Assembly: GCA_965214625.1 (NCBI GenBank)
Contig: OZ243962.1
Coordinates: 2,413,278 to 2,477,277 of the forward strand
Direction of reading: 5' to 3'
Length of the DNA stretch: 64,000 nucleotides
Source of the DNA: Candidatus Poriferihabitaceae bacterium
GTDB taxonomy: Bacteria; Pseudomonadota; Gammaproteobacteria; Arenicellales; Poriferihabitantaceae
The position numbers were made by a program, and so were the translations under genes. Below, one piece after another: positions 1 through 9,391 of this stretch (its first letter is position 1; the number at the start of each line of letters is the position of its first letter). The notes below the pieces were generated by a model. The model saw nothing but the letters and a program-made list of their open reading frames with translations. It was not told where the DNA came from and searched no databases.

Positions 1-586
1 GCTCCGGGAAGTCGGGCGTTTGGAATGGCATCGCCAGGAATGTGAGCTGGCTTCGGCACCCCAAACGTATCGAATCAATCCATCGGATGCCTGGATGAGA
101 TTGAAGGGCGGAGCCAGTCTGGAAACGCGATATCAGTCCTGTGCAAAAGCACTTGCAATATGGAGAGAACGACGGGCACAGCAAAAAAACAGGCCGCGGG
201 AATGGATATTACCGTCTCGGGTTTTGTTGGAGATTTGCAAGCGGTGTCCTCGAACGGAAAGGCAACTTGCCCGAATTGATGGCATGGGGGGTGCCAGGGC
301 ACACCGCATAGGCAGTGAAATTATTGAGCTTGTGCGCAGGCATGCCGATTCCGCAGAGAATATGCCTGTCTGGCCAAATCATAGGTTGAGCCGTGACAAG
401 AGAAAGCAGGCGAGCGAAATCATGAAACTACTGAAATCGACGGCGGAGACAATGAACCTGTGTCAATCGTTATTGGCCAACCGTCTGGACGTGGAAATGT
501 TTATTGGTGGCGAGAGGGACCTACCGCTGTTCAGGGGATGGCGGCGAGCGTTGATTGGTGGAGAAATACTGGCCCGATATGCTTGA
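1..586 (+). CDS. rnd: Ribonuclease D, C-terminal part (5' end outside window)
   Basis: Reading frame of ORF 20..586 is open to the window edge. The HRDC-like segment ALAIWRERRAQQKNRPREWILPSRVLLEICKRCP...QLARIDGMG is typical of the RNase D C-terminal domains. Confidence 0.75.
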   Translation, partial: LREVGRLEWHRQECELASAPQTYRINPSDAWMRLKGGASLETRYQSCAKALAIWRERRAQQKNRPREWILPSRVLLEICKRCPRTERQLARIDGMGGARAHRIGSEIIELVRRHADSAENMPVWPNHRLSRDKRKQASEIMKLLKSTAETMNLCQSLLANRLDVEMFIGGERDLPLFRGWRRALIGGEILARYA

Positions 587-671
587 AGGGTGTGTCATGG
601 CATGCACCGCCCGGTGTGCCTGCGTCAGTCCCCCGTCAACAGTGCGCCGACCCCAGTGGATGACGAAGAGG

Positions 672-1832
672 TCAGTTTTTTTCGCGCGGACGGGGCAACA
701 GAACGATCAGGCGAACGGGTTCTTTCATGATGCCGGCTGATCGTTCGGCGGCTTTCCCATGGCCCCAGAACAGGTCAACCCGAAGCGTTCCCTTGATAGC
801 GCCCCCCGTATCCTGTGCCAATACCAGGCGGTGATAGGGAATGTCGGGCTGACCGGGCTGGTTGGTCATTAACCAGACCGGGGTACCCAGAGCAATGGCC
901 CCGGGATCAATGGCGATGCTGCGTTGTGGTGTCAGTGGGACATTCAGTGAACCGATCGGCCCGTCTTGTGGCTGTTCTCGAAGCACAAAGAAGACATAGC
1001 TCGGATTGCGGTTGAGCAGAGCCTCCGCTTTGTCGGGATGGTTGTCGAGCCACTGTCGTATCGAGAAAAGCGAAATATCCTCCCGCTTAATCTCGTTTTG
1101 CTGTAACAGGACTCGCCCAATCGGGACATAGGGGTGGCCATTTTGGTTTTGATATCCCACGCCGACCAACTGCCCATCAGGCAGGACAACCCGTCCCGAT
1201 CCTTGAATTTGAAGGAAGAACGCATCATCCCGGTTGTCCACCCAGATCAACTCTTCCCCGGACAACAATGAGCGATCTGACTCGATTTCACGACGGGAAT
1301 AAAACGGAACGACTTTCTTTCCCTGAAGACGACCTCGTATTCGCTTGCCTTTCAATGCCGGGTACAGTGCACCGAGATCCACGGTCAGCAGGGACGCGGG
1401 TTCTTTGTACAGCGGATATCGGTATCTCTCCGAGGGCGTTTTGCTTCCGAAAAGTAGCGGTTCATAATAGCCCGTGGCCAATCCGGTCGCCTTGTCGGTA
1501 CTTCCGTTGAACGCATGGGGAGAAAACAGGGTTTCAAAAAATTGCCGGACTTGCAGGTCAGTGGGGCGGGACATCGTGCGGGCTGTTTGGCAGATATGAT
1601 CCCAGGGAGTCTTCCCGGACAAGGCCTGGCAGTTATGAAGCAGTGCGGGCCAGATTTCGGCATGGCGGTCTGTCTCCCAGCCGGGCACATCCGCCCACTT
1701 GACCTGTTCACCGATACCGGGTTTCGGAGGAGGGGCTTTCAGAACCGTCGTACATCCTGCGGCAAGCAGCACGAGGCACAGCGTGACGACCCGAAAACAG
1801 ATGCGTGCCGGCCGATAGAAAAGCTCAGTCAT
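672..1832 (-). CDS. mltA: Membrane-bound lytic murein transglycosylase A (lipoprotein)
   Basis: 386-aa ORF with lipobox LLAAGC near the N-terminus. MltA-like GYYEPLL and YPLY motifs; C-terminal 3D-domain-like LAQDTGGAIKG..RVDLFWG. Confidence 0.88.
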   Translation of the reverse strand: MTELFYRPARICFRVVTLCLVLLAAGCTTVLKAPPPKPGIGEQVKWADVPGWETDRHAEIWPALLHNCQALSGKTPWDHICQTARTMSRPTDLQVRQFFETLFSPHAFNGSTDKATGLATGYYEPLLFGSKTPSERYRYPLYKEPASLLTVDLGALYPALKGKRIRGRLQGKKVVPFYSRREIESDRSLLSGEELIWVDNRDDAFFLQIQGSGRVVLPDGQLVGVGYQNQNGHPYVPIGRVLLQQNEIKREDISLFSIRQWLDNHPDKAEALLNRNPSYVFFVLREQPQDGPIGSLNVPLTPQRSIAIDPGAIALGTPVWLMTNQPGQPDIPYHRLVLAQDTGGAIKGTLRVDLFWGHGKAAERSAGIMKEPVRLIVLLPRPREKN

Positions 1833-3078
1833 CGGCGGCAGCCAGCCGGATACAGGTTGTCAGTGCTTCGGTTGCCTGACGCACGGCTTCTAACTCGGGG
1901 AAGGTGGGAGCGATACGAATATGCCGGTCGAGCGGATCGTGGCCATAGGGGAAAGGGGCACCGGCCGCCGTCAGCCTGACACCGGCACGTCCGGCCAGAT
2001 CAATCACGCGTCTGGCGTGGCCGGTCTGTACCGTCAGGTCGATGAAGTAGCCGCCCTTGGGTCGGGACCACTCGGCAATGCCAAGCCCCGACAATTGATG
2101 CTGAAGAATTTCCGCAACCAGATCAAATTTTGGCTTGACCAATTGGGCATGCCTCGTCATATGGGTCCGCAATCCTTCAATATTGCCAAAAAAGGCAAGG
2201 TGTCTCAGTTGATTGACCTTGTCGGGGCCGATACTCTGTACGCTCAAGTGTCTTTTGGCATCGGCAATATTGGCGGTGCTGCCGGCCATGGCGGCCACGC
2301 CGGCACCGGGCAGCGTCATTTTTGACGTGGAGGCAAACTGGATGACCCGGTCACTGTTGTCGGCAGTCATCGCTATCTCGGCAATATTCTCCAATGCCGG
2401 TTTCGCGCCTTCAAAATGATGTTCTGCGTAGGCGTTATCCCATAAAATGCGAAAATCGGTTGCAGCGGTTTTCATTGTCGCCAGGCGCCGCACGACATCC
2501 GATGAATAGCAGCAACCCGTTGGGTTGCTGTGCAGGGGGACGCACCATATCCCCTTGATGGAGGCATCTTCACTGACCAGGCTTTCCACCTGATTCATGT
2601 CGGGTCCACGGTCGGTCATGTCGATGTTCAAGAGCCGGAACCCCAAATGTTCGGTGATCAGGAAATGGCGATCATAGCCCGGCGTCGGACACAAGAATTT
2701 TCGCTGTGTGTCCTGATTCCAGGGTCCGGAGCCACCGGGTACGCCGAACTGGCAGGCTCGCTGCAGGGTCTCGTACATCATCGTCAGGCTGGAATTGCCT
2801 CCCACCAGCACATTGTCCGGATGGACTTCGAGTATGCCGGCGAACAGTGTTTTGATGCCGGGAAGTCCATCGAGCCCCCCGTAATTACGTGTATCCGTGC
2901 CGTTTTGATCCCGATAATGATGACCGGGCAGGGTGAGTAGGGGATTGGAAAGATCCAACTGTGAAGCAGAAGGTTTCCCCCGTGTCATGTCCAAAGACAA
3001 TGACAGTGACAACAGGTGTTGGTATGCCTCGAGGCATCGTTGTCGTTGCAGTGGCATTGTGGTTGTGTCTGGAGTCAT
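1825..3078 (-). CDS. PLP-dependent aminotransferase (fold type I, aspartate-aminotransferase-like family)
   Basis: ORF 1825..3141. N-terminal LDMTRGKPSASQLDLSNPLL motif of the PF12897-like aminotransferase family. Start placed at the ATG at 3078 (M22); 3141 or 3057 are alternatives. 8-nt overlap with the mltA start. Confidence 0.75.
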   Translation of the reverse strand: MTPDTTTMPLQRQRCLEAYQHLLSLSLSLDMTRGKPSASQLDLSNPLLTLPGHHYRDQNGTDTRNYGGLDGLPGIKTLFAGILEVHPDNVLVGGNSSLTMMYETLQRACQFGVPGGSGPWNQDTQRKFLCPTPGYDRHFLITEHLGFRLLNIDMTDRGPDMNQVESLVSEDASIKGIWCVPLHSNPTGCCYSSDVVRRLATMKTAATDFRILWDNAYAEHHFEGAKPALENIAEIAMTADNSDRVIQFASTSKMTLPGAGVAAMAGSTANIADAKRHLSVQSIGPDKVNQLRHLAFFGNIEGLRTHMTRHAQLVKPKFDLVAEILQHQLSGLGIAEWSRPKGGYFIDLTVQTGHARRVIDLAGRAGVRLTAAGAPFPYGHDPLDRHIRIAPTFPELEAVRQATEALTTCIRLAAADD

Positions 3079-3389
3079 CCTGTCGCGATAAGATCGGTAG
3101 AAAAGCCGGATTCTACCAGTTCCACTGAAAGAAATTTGCAATTGATTCCAGTTTCCAACACCAGCGGTCAGGGTATTGGCTGATGTAGCGAATCAAGGAT
3201 CAAGGCACCCATTTTCGACGCATGTGCTGACCCGGATGTGTGTCGGAGCGGAGTCATCCTGTACCGGGGGTCGACGGCTTGTCCGATGTCTCACCGGGGT
3301 TTTTTTACAGGGTTTTTTTATGTACTTGCTTGGCAATTCGCAGTACAATCACGCCCCCGTTTGATGAAGTCCATTGGGAGTTGATTTGT

Positions 3390-3605
3390 ATGCCATTTGT
3401 TCAAGTTCGACAAAACGAACCGTTTGATATTATTTTGCGACGATTCCGTCGTGCCTGTGAGAGGGCTGGCGTGTTCACAGAATCACGCCGCCGACAGTGT
3501 TATGAAAAACCCACCACCATTCGAAAGCGTGACAGCGATGCGGCCGTTCGCAGGGAAATGAAGCGAGTCTCACGTCAACAGGCCAGACGGAAACGACTTT
3601 ACTAG
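3390..3605 (+). CDS. rpsU: 30S ribosomal protein S21
   Basis: [28 protein letters not shown]...RRKRLY, 71 aa, starting at an internal ATG of ORF 3240..3605. Classic S21 sequence and length. Confidence 0.95.
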   Translation: MPFVQVRQNEPFDIILRRFRRACERAGVFTESRRRQCYEKPTTIRKRDSDAAVRREMKRVSRQQARRKRLY

Positions 3606-3625
3606 GCACTGTCGGTTCTGTCGAG

Positions 3626-4075
3626 ATGATGATGCTCAAGGACCGCATTCTGGCGGATATGAAAACCGCGATGAAACAGCGCGATTCGGTCTCATTGGAA
3701 GCGATCAGGTTGCTTCGCGCGGAGATACAAAGAAAGCAGGTCGACTGGAAGCGGGAACTGACCGAGCAGGAAGTCACTCAGGTCATTCAAAAAATGGTGA
3801 AGCAGTCGACCGATGCCATGGCACAGTTTAGCAAAGGCCAACGGGATGACCTGGTCGACAAGGAGCGATCGCATGTTGCCGTTTTGGAAAACTATCTTCC
3901 TGAAAAACTGCCCGTGGAAGAGGTCGAAACACTGATCGAACAGGCCATTCAATCGGCTGATGCCTGTTCAATCAAGGATATGGGAAAAGTGATGACGATT
4001 TTGAAATCTACCGTACAAGGCAGAACAGATATGGCACAAGTCAGTCTCCGGGTAAAATCCCTGCTGTCCGGGTGA
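3626..4075 (+). CDS. GatB/YqeY domain-containing protein
   Basis: 149-aa ORF. LKDRILADMKTAMKQRD...EAIRLLRAEIQ matches the YqeY-family N-terminus. Sits directly after rpsU, as in many Gammaproteobacteria. Confidence 0.85.
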   Translation: MMMLKDRILADMKTAMKQRDSVSLEAIRLLRAEIQRKQVDWKRELTEQEVTQVIQKMVKQSTDAMAQFSKGQRDDLVDKERSHVAVLENYLPEKLPVEEVETLIEQAIQSADACSIKDMGKVMTILKSTVQGRTDMAQVSLRVKSLLSG

Positions 4076-4086
4076 CCAGAGCGGGG

Positions 4087-4114
4087 CAACCGGACCGAAT
4101 GATTTGTCCGGTTG
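4087..4114 (+). terminator. Hairpin after the yqeY-like gene (9-bp stem CAACCGGAC / GTCCGGTTG, 10-nt loop)
   Basis: Perfect inverted repeat 4087-4095 / 4106-4114, 12 nt after the stop codon. No U-tract follows, so intrinsic-terminator status is uncertain. Confidence 0.4.
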
Positions 4115-4127
4115 AGTAGCCTGCCGT

Positions 4128-4156
4128 GGTGAGCCTTGAGCTATGCAAGGCTCACC
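4128..4156. terminator. Hairpin in a convergent intergenic region (11-bp stem GGTGAGCCTTG / CAAGGCTCACC, 7-nt loop)
   Basis: Perfect inverted repeat 4128-4138 / 4146-4156 between the convergent yqeY-like gene and znuA. No flanking T or A tract. Confidence 0.4.
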
Positions 4157-4298
4157 GCAGGGTGCCTCGCGCCGGTTGTTCACCGTCTCACTGGGGACGA
4201 TCACATGTTTTATCGGCGCTGATTTGATGAGGGTGCGGTGCGTCGATGATCGATACGCGTTTCACCACCATTTTTCTGTGAGCAAGTTTTGTCCGTAC

Positions 4299-5315
4299 CT
4301 AATCTTCTCCCGACAAGCAGTCCTTGAACGAGGTCGCCATGTTGTGAAGGAGCGTAAAGTAGAGCTCAGGTCCCGCTTCGATGGCCGCACCGAGTGGATC
4401 AATAGTGCCGGTCCGTGCCGGGGTATCTTCGACGATCACATCCACGATGCGATTTTCGAATTGGGGTTCATCGAACACGCAGACCACACCGGCTTGGTGA
4501 ATTTTGTCGCGAAGTTGTCCGAGACGCTTGGCGCTGGGAGGCTGTTCCGGGTTGACAACGACAGAACCGGTGAACGTCAGTCCAAAATGTTCTTCGAAAT
4601 ACCGATAAGCGTCGTGAAATACGATGAATGGCTTGTCTCGTACCGGTGATACCTCTGCAGTGATTTGTGCCGTCAACTGTGCCAGTTGGTTGTTGAATTC
4701 ATCGGCGTTGGACACATACCGGTCGGCGTTCAGAGGATCAGCCTGCGCCAGCGTGTCGGCGATAACATGTACCATGGCACGGGCATTGGCCGGGTCGAGC
4801 CAGACATGCGGGTCGAATGCCCCGTGATCGTGGTCGGCATGATCGTCTTCGGCATGTTCATCAGATTGGTGGTCTTCGTGCGACTCGGATTCCCCGTCAT
4901 GCCCATGGTCTGCGTCTGATTCATCCTCGAAGAGTCCTGACTCACGAAAGGGTTTTTTGATCAGGCCCCGGGATTGGGCCAGTTCAATCACGCGGGCCTT
5001 TCCAGCGACCGATTCAATCGCCCCGGCCAGTGCACGCTCAAGACTTTCGTCGACCAGGAAAACCACGTCCGCATTTTCCAGTCTGTCGATATCAGATGGA
5101 CGCAGGACGAATGTGTGTGGCGAAGCGAAACCCTGTATGAGCAGATGGGGCGTATTGACACCCTCCATCACGGCGCTCGCCATTGAATGTACGGGCTTGA
5201 TGGATGTGACAACCTGAAGCTCGGCGGCACCAGTAGGGCTGACAGCGGCAGCGAGCACGGCGGCGATGAAATGCAATCCGATTTTTTTTCGGGATATGAG
5301 TCTTGAGTAGCACAT
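4299..5315 (-). CDS. znuA: Zinc ABC transporter periplasmic binding protein
   Basis: 338-aa ORF with a signal peptide. Cluster-9 metal-binding-protein core (VVTSIKPVHS, FDPHVWLDP) and a long acidic/His-rich loop DESDADHGHDGESESHEDHQSDEHAEDDHADHDHG typical of ZnuA. A Zur-box-like palindrome lies upstream. Confidence 0.85.
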   Translation of the reverse strand: MCYSRLISRKKIGLHFIAAVLAAAVSPTGAAELQVVTSIKPVHSMASAVMEGVNTPHLLIQGFASPHTFVLRPSDIDRLENADVVFLVDESLERALAGAIESVAGKARVIELAQSRGLIKKPFRESGLFEDESDADHGHDGESESHEDHQSDEHAEDDHADHDHGAFDPHVWLDPANARAMVHVIADTLAQADPLNADRYVSNADEFNNQLAQLTAQITAEVSPVRDKPFIVFHDAYRYFEEHFGLTFTGSVVVNPEQPPSAKRLGQLRDKIHQAGVVCVFDEPQFENRIVDVIVEDTPARTGTIDPLGAAIEAGPELYFTLLHNMATSFKDCLSGED

Positions 5316-5348
5316 GAACCAGTCTCCGTCAGAGTTGAGGGTTATCAG

Positions 5349-5369
5349 TAATGTTATATAATAACATTA
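5349..5369. promoter_or_regulatory. Zur box candidate (TAATGTTAT-ATA-ATAACATTA)
   Basis: Perfect 9-bp inverted repeat with a 3-nt spacer, 34-54 nt upstream of the znuA ATG. Matches the gammaproteobacterial Zur consensus core AATGTTAT-N3-ATAACATT. Confidence 0.7.
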
Positions 5370-5874
5370 TTCAATCACGTTATACAACATTAGCATTCAA
5401 GAGCGCACCCATGGATTGGGCAGACCTGGACTGCAACGCCCGAAATACAGCGACGATGATTTTGGTTTCTTCTGTTTCACCGTTTAAGGTCATGTTCAGT
5501 ACTGTTTGAGCAGGCAGCCAATGCACTGTGATGCATTACGTGTGGCTCATGGGGGGCATCTCCTTGGTAACCCCTGTTAAGATGAACAGATGGAGCCTTT
5601 CGGTGCAAAATCCCGGTGTGCCCAGGATGGACCCGAGACTTCTCCAGTGACTGGCGACACATCCGGTTTCTTTCTTCCGTTCCCGGATGGTGGTGGACTG
5701 GCCTCTTCATCAGTGTGAACGATGCCCGCTGGCAGTTCCCCTATCCACCGCTTCCGACAGGCCTGAATGGATGAAGCAGGCAAATATGTTGCCGGTTGTC
5801 GACCGCAAGAATCACGGCATCGCCCGGGTGCACGACGGTTTCGATCCCGAGATTGACGGTGCATCCCCGATAAA

Positions 5875-7530
5875 TCAGCTGCCGATGTTCGGGTTCACCG
5901 TATTTATTGAGAGTAATGAGGGAGCATAGTCATCCGGTGCACGATAGCCCAAGAGATTGAATACGGTTGCAGCGACATTGGCCAGCCCAGCCTGCCGACG
6001 TTGAGCAAGGGCATTGAATTGCCAGGCCAGGTCAGTATTGCTGTCGCAAATAACAAAGGGAACAGGATTCAAGGTATGGGAAGTTCTTGCAATCCGCCGA
6101 CCGTCTTTGATGACAAACATCTCATCTGCATTGCCGTGGTCGGCTGTCAGGATCAGAATTCCATTCATGTCCTTCACCGCATCAAGCAATCGACCGACAC
6201 AATGGTCAACCACTTCCATTGCCCGAATCGTGGCCGGAATGTCACCGGTGTGACCGACCATGTCCCCGTTGGCAAGATTGATTCTCCCGAACCGGTATTC
6301 GCCTGATGACAGGAGATCGATCGTGGCATCGGTAATTTCTGCCGCTTTCATTTGAGGGGCATGGTTGAATTCGATATTATCCGAGGGGATTTCAATATAG
6401 GTCTCCAGTGCTTCATCAAGAAACCCCGAGCGGTTACCATTCCAGAAATAGGTGACATGCCCGAACTTCTGGGTTTCGCTGACCGCGAAAGTCTTCATTT
6501 TTTCGGCACACAGGAACTCCCCCATGGTTCGCTTGATGATAGGAGGGTTGACCAGATAGTGGTTAGGGACCTCCAAGTCGCCGTCATATTGCAGCATGCC
6601 ACAATAGAAAATGTCCGGCATGGCGCCGCGATCAAAGCGATCAAATGACGGATTTTCCATGGCCTGGGAGATTTCGATTGCCCGATCACCGCGGAAATTA
6701 AACAAAACGAGGGCATCGCCATCGGTGATTTTCCCGACGGCATCACCGGCCGTGTCGACAATAACGAAAGGGGAAAGGGTCTGGTCGGTGAGACCGGGGT
6801 CCAGTTGATATTGCCGTGCGACCTCTTCAATGGCATCAGTGGCTTTCGGACCGATGCCATGGACATGCGCATTGAATCCACGCCTGACCATCTCCCAATC
6901 GGCTTCATATCGATCCATGGTGATGCTCATTCGGCCACCGCCTGACGCAATACGATAGCGAAAGGATGGATCGGTATTGATTCGGCTCAGTTGGAGTTCA
7001 AGCTGTTTCAGATAACCCACGGCTGATCTCGGTTCGACATCCCTGCCATCCAACAGTACATGGATGCAAACCGACCGTATTTTTTGTTTCACGCAGTGGT
7101 CAAGCAGGTAAAACAGATGTTGTATGTGGGAATGGACATTGCCATCCGACAATAGCCCCAGGAAATGCACGGTATGTCCTTTCAGGGCACGTGATTCTAC
7201 GGTTTGCCAGGCCTGACTGCGGTATAACGTTCCACTGTCAAAGGCCTGGTTTACCAGTTTCGCCCCCTGTGCGAAAATTCGGCCACCACCAAGCGTGTTG
7301 TGGCCCACTTCGCTGTTCCCCATATCGGTATCAGTCGGTAGTCCCACCCAGGTACCGTGGGCATGTAGTTGCGTCGCATGTTGAGAATGCAATAATTTGT
7401 CGAGTGTGGGGGTATGCGCTTGAGAAACCGCATTGGCAGGACCGGCTTCAGCCAATCCCACTCCGTCGGCGATCACCAGCAGCACGGGACCCTTGCGTCG
7501 GTTAAAACTAGTCAGCTTGTCGAGATGCAT
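5875..7530 (-). CDS. gpmI: 2,3-bisphosphoglycerate-independent phosphoglycerate mutase (long, about 550-aa form)
   Basis: 551-aa ORF with the metal-site motifs DGVG, MGNSEVGHNTLGGGR, LLDGRDV and ADHGNAD of iPGM. Confidence 0.93.
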   Translation of the reverse strand: MHLDKLTSFNRRKGPVLLVIADGVGLAEAGPANAVSQAHTPTLDKLLHSQHATQLHAHGTWVGLPTDTDMGNSEVGHNTLGGGRIFAQGAKLVNQAFDSGTLYRSQAWQTVESRALKGHTVHFLGLLSDGNVHSHIQHLFYLLDHCVKQKIRSVCIHVLLDGRDVEPRSAVGYLKQLELQLSRINTDPSFRYRIASGGGRMSITMDRYEADWEMVRRGFNAHVHGIGPKATDAIEEVARQYQLDPGLTDQTLSPFVIVDTAGDAVGKITDGDALVLFNFRGDRAIEISQAMENPSFDRFDRGAMPDIFYCGMLQYDGDLEVPNHYLVNPPIIKRTMGEFLCAEKMKTFAVSETQKFGHVTYFWNGNRSGFLDEALETYIEIPSDNIEFNHAPQMKAAEITDATIDLLSSGEYRFGRINLANGDMVGHTGDIPATIRAMEVVDHCVGRLLDAVKDMNGILILTADHGNADEMFVIKDGRRIARTSHTLNPVPFVICDSNTDLAWQFNALAQRRQAGLANVAATVFNLLGYRAPDDYAPSLLSINTVNPNIGS

Positions 7531-7556
7531 CTGGTCAGGAGAAACAAGTCATTGGA

Positions 7557-8156
7557 TCAAGTGGATGATAACAGCCGGGCACGTAATTTACGCAACGCCT
7601 GGGCACGGTGGCTCCATCGGTTTTTTTGTTTCACAGACAGTTCTGCCGCGTTTCGATTCAACGAAGGAATATAAAATACCGGATCATAACCGAAGCCGTT
7701 TTGCCCAGTAGCGGACTTCGCAATGCTTCCCTCCCAACGGCCTTCGCAAATGACCGGAGCGGGATCGGTTTCACTGGAAAGATAGACAATGACGCATCGA
7801 AAACGCGCTTTTCTTTGGCTCATCGGCACATCTTCGAGTTGCTGGAGCAGTTTGTGAATATTGTCTTTATCCGATGCACCGACACCTGCATAGCGGGCCG
7901 AATAGATACCCGGCTGGTTGTTCAATGCCCGTACTTCCAAACCGGAATCATCAGCAATGGCCGGCAGGCCGGTCAGGGAGGTGGCCTGCCGGGCCTTGAG
8001 CAGCGCATTTTCAACAAAGGTGAGACCGGTCTCTTCCACATCATTGACCCCGAATGCGGATTGGGGCAGTATCTGCCACGGACTCGTTGCAAACAGAATC
8101 TGAAACTCCCTTAACTTGCCAGGATTACCACTGGCCAAAACGATCCGGCTGGTCAA
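7557..8156 (-). CDS. rdgB: dITP/XTP pyrophosphatase (RdgB/HAM1 family)
   Basis: 199-aa [17 protein letters not shown]-terminus and FGYDPVF motif. 4-nt overlap with the upstream rph, the conserved rph-rdgB order. Confidence 0.9.
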   Translation of the reverse strand: MTSRIVLASGNPGKLREFQILFATSPWQILPQSAFGVNDVEETGLTFVENALLKARQATSLTGLPAIADDSGLEVRALNNQPGIYSARYAGVGASDKDNIHKLLQQLEDVPMSQRKARFRCVIVYLSSETDPAPVICEGRWEGSIAKSATGQNGFGYDPVFYIPSLNRNAAELSVKQKNRWSHRAQALRKLRARLLSST

Positions 8157-8872
8157 GCGAGCGCTTCCCTTTGTTTTTCAAGCAGCAGCCGAATGCCGAT
8201 TTCCGCTCGATCGACCATCTGATTCATGGTTTCCCGGGAAAACGGGATTTGTTCGGCGGTTCCCTGGATTTCAATAATGCCGCCATGGTCATCCATTACG
8301 ATGTTCATGTCTGTTTGCGCGCGGCTGTCTTCCGGGTAGTCAAGGTCAAGTACCACCATGTTTTTGTAAAGACCGACGGAGACGGATGCCACTGACCGAT
8401 GAATCGGGTTATGTGTCAGGATCTCCTGGTGAAGTAACCAGTTGACAGCATCAACCAGGGCCACGTAGGCCCCGGTAATCGATGCGGTACGGGTACCGCC
8501 ATCGGCCTGGATGACGTCACAGTCTATGGTGATAGTCCGCTCCCCGAGTTTCGACATGTCGATGGCTGCCCGCAAAGAACGACCGATCAGACGCTGGATT
8601 TCCTGGGTGCGGCCGGTTTGTTTCCCCCGGGCCGCCTCCCGGGCCGTTCTCAGATTGGTTGACCGTGGCAGCATGCTGTATTCTGCAGTGATCCAGCCCT
8701 GTTTCCTGTTCTTGAGGAATGGGGGGACCCTTTCCTCAACACTGGCCGTACAAAGAACCTTCGTGTCACCGACACATATCAGCACCGAACCTTCGGGGTG
8801 CTTGGTGTAGTGGCGAGTAATCGTTACTGGCCGCATTTCGTCATGCCGCCGGTTACTGGGCCTTGTCATCAC
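8153..8872 (-). CDS. rph: Ribonuclease PH
   Basis: 239-aa [31 protein letters not shown] and [14 protein letters not shown] motifs of RNase PH. Confidence 0.95.
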   Translation of the reverse strand: MMTRPSNRRHDEMRPVTITRHYTKHPEGSVLICVGDTKVLCTASVEERVPPFLKNRKQGWITAEYSMLPRSTNLRTAREAARGKQTGRTQEIQRLIGRSLRAAIDMSKLGERTITIDCDVIQADGGTRTASITGAYVALVDAVNWLLHQEILTHNPIHRSVASVSVGLYKNMVVLDLDYPEDSRAQTDMNIVMDDHGGIIEIQGTAEQIPFSRETMNQMVDRAEIGIRLLLEKQREALA

Positions 8873-9391
8873 ATCAACACCATATCGAATAAGGTCGCTA
8901 GATTATACTCAACTTGACGATTGGAATCGGGTCAATTTCAAAAAAACGGATTGCGTACAGCACGAATAACGACGCTACTTGTCGGATCGTGGAGCAGCTC
9001 TCTTGTTCTTGGTTGATCCGACCTCAATAAGACCAAATGCCAAAATACCATGCCGCGAATATGAATCCGTTTCCCCCGATATGCCGGGCCCATTTTCTGA
9101 CCCGGAAGCGGCGTGATGGATCACTTGACGGACTGCCTGTTGAAGAAGGATATTTTCATGTCGTTATGATCAACGACTTCTTTCCGGGCTGTTCGACCGG
9201 TTTCATGCTCCCGTGAGGAAAAGCCGCCAAAAGGGCCGTATCCTGATGCCTGACTTGGGTGCCGAGGCCCCGTCATGACTGACGGGCATTTCATGGTTGA
9301 TTCCAAAGATCGGATGTCGGTTGATACCCGGCTTCATGGGTCTGGTAATGTGTTTCAAGCCGGTATTTGATGACGATGGGACTCTTATCGG

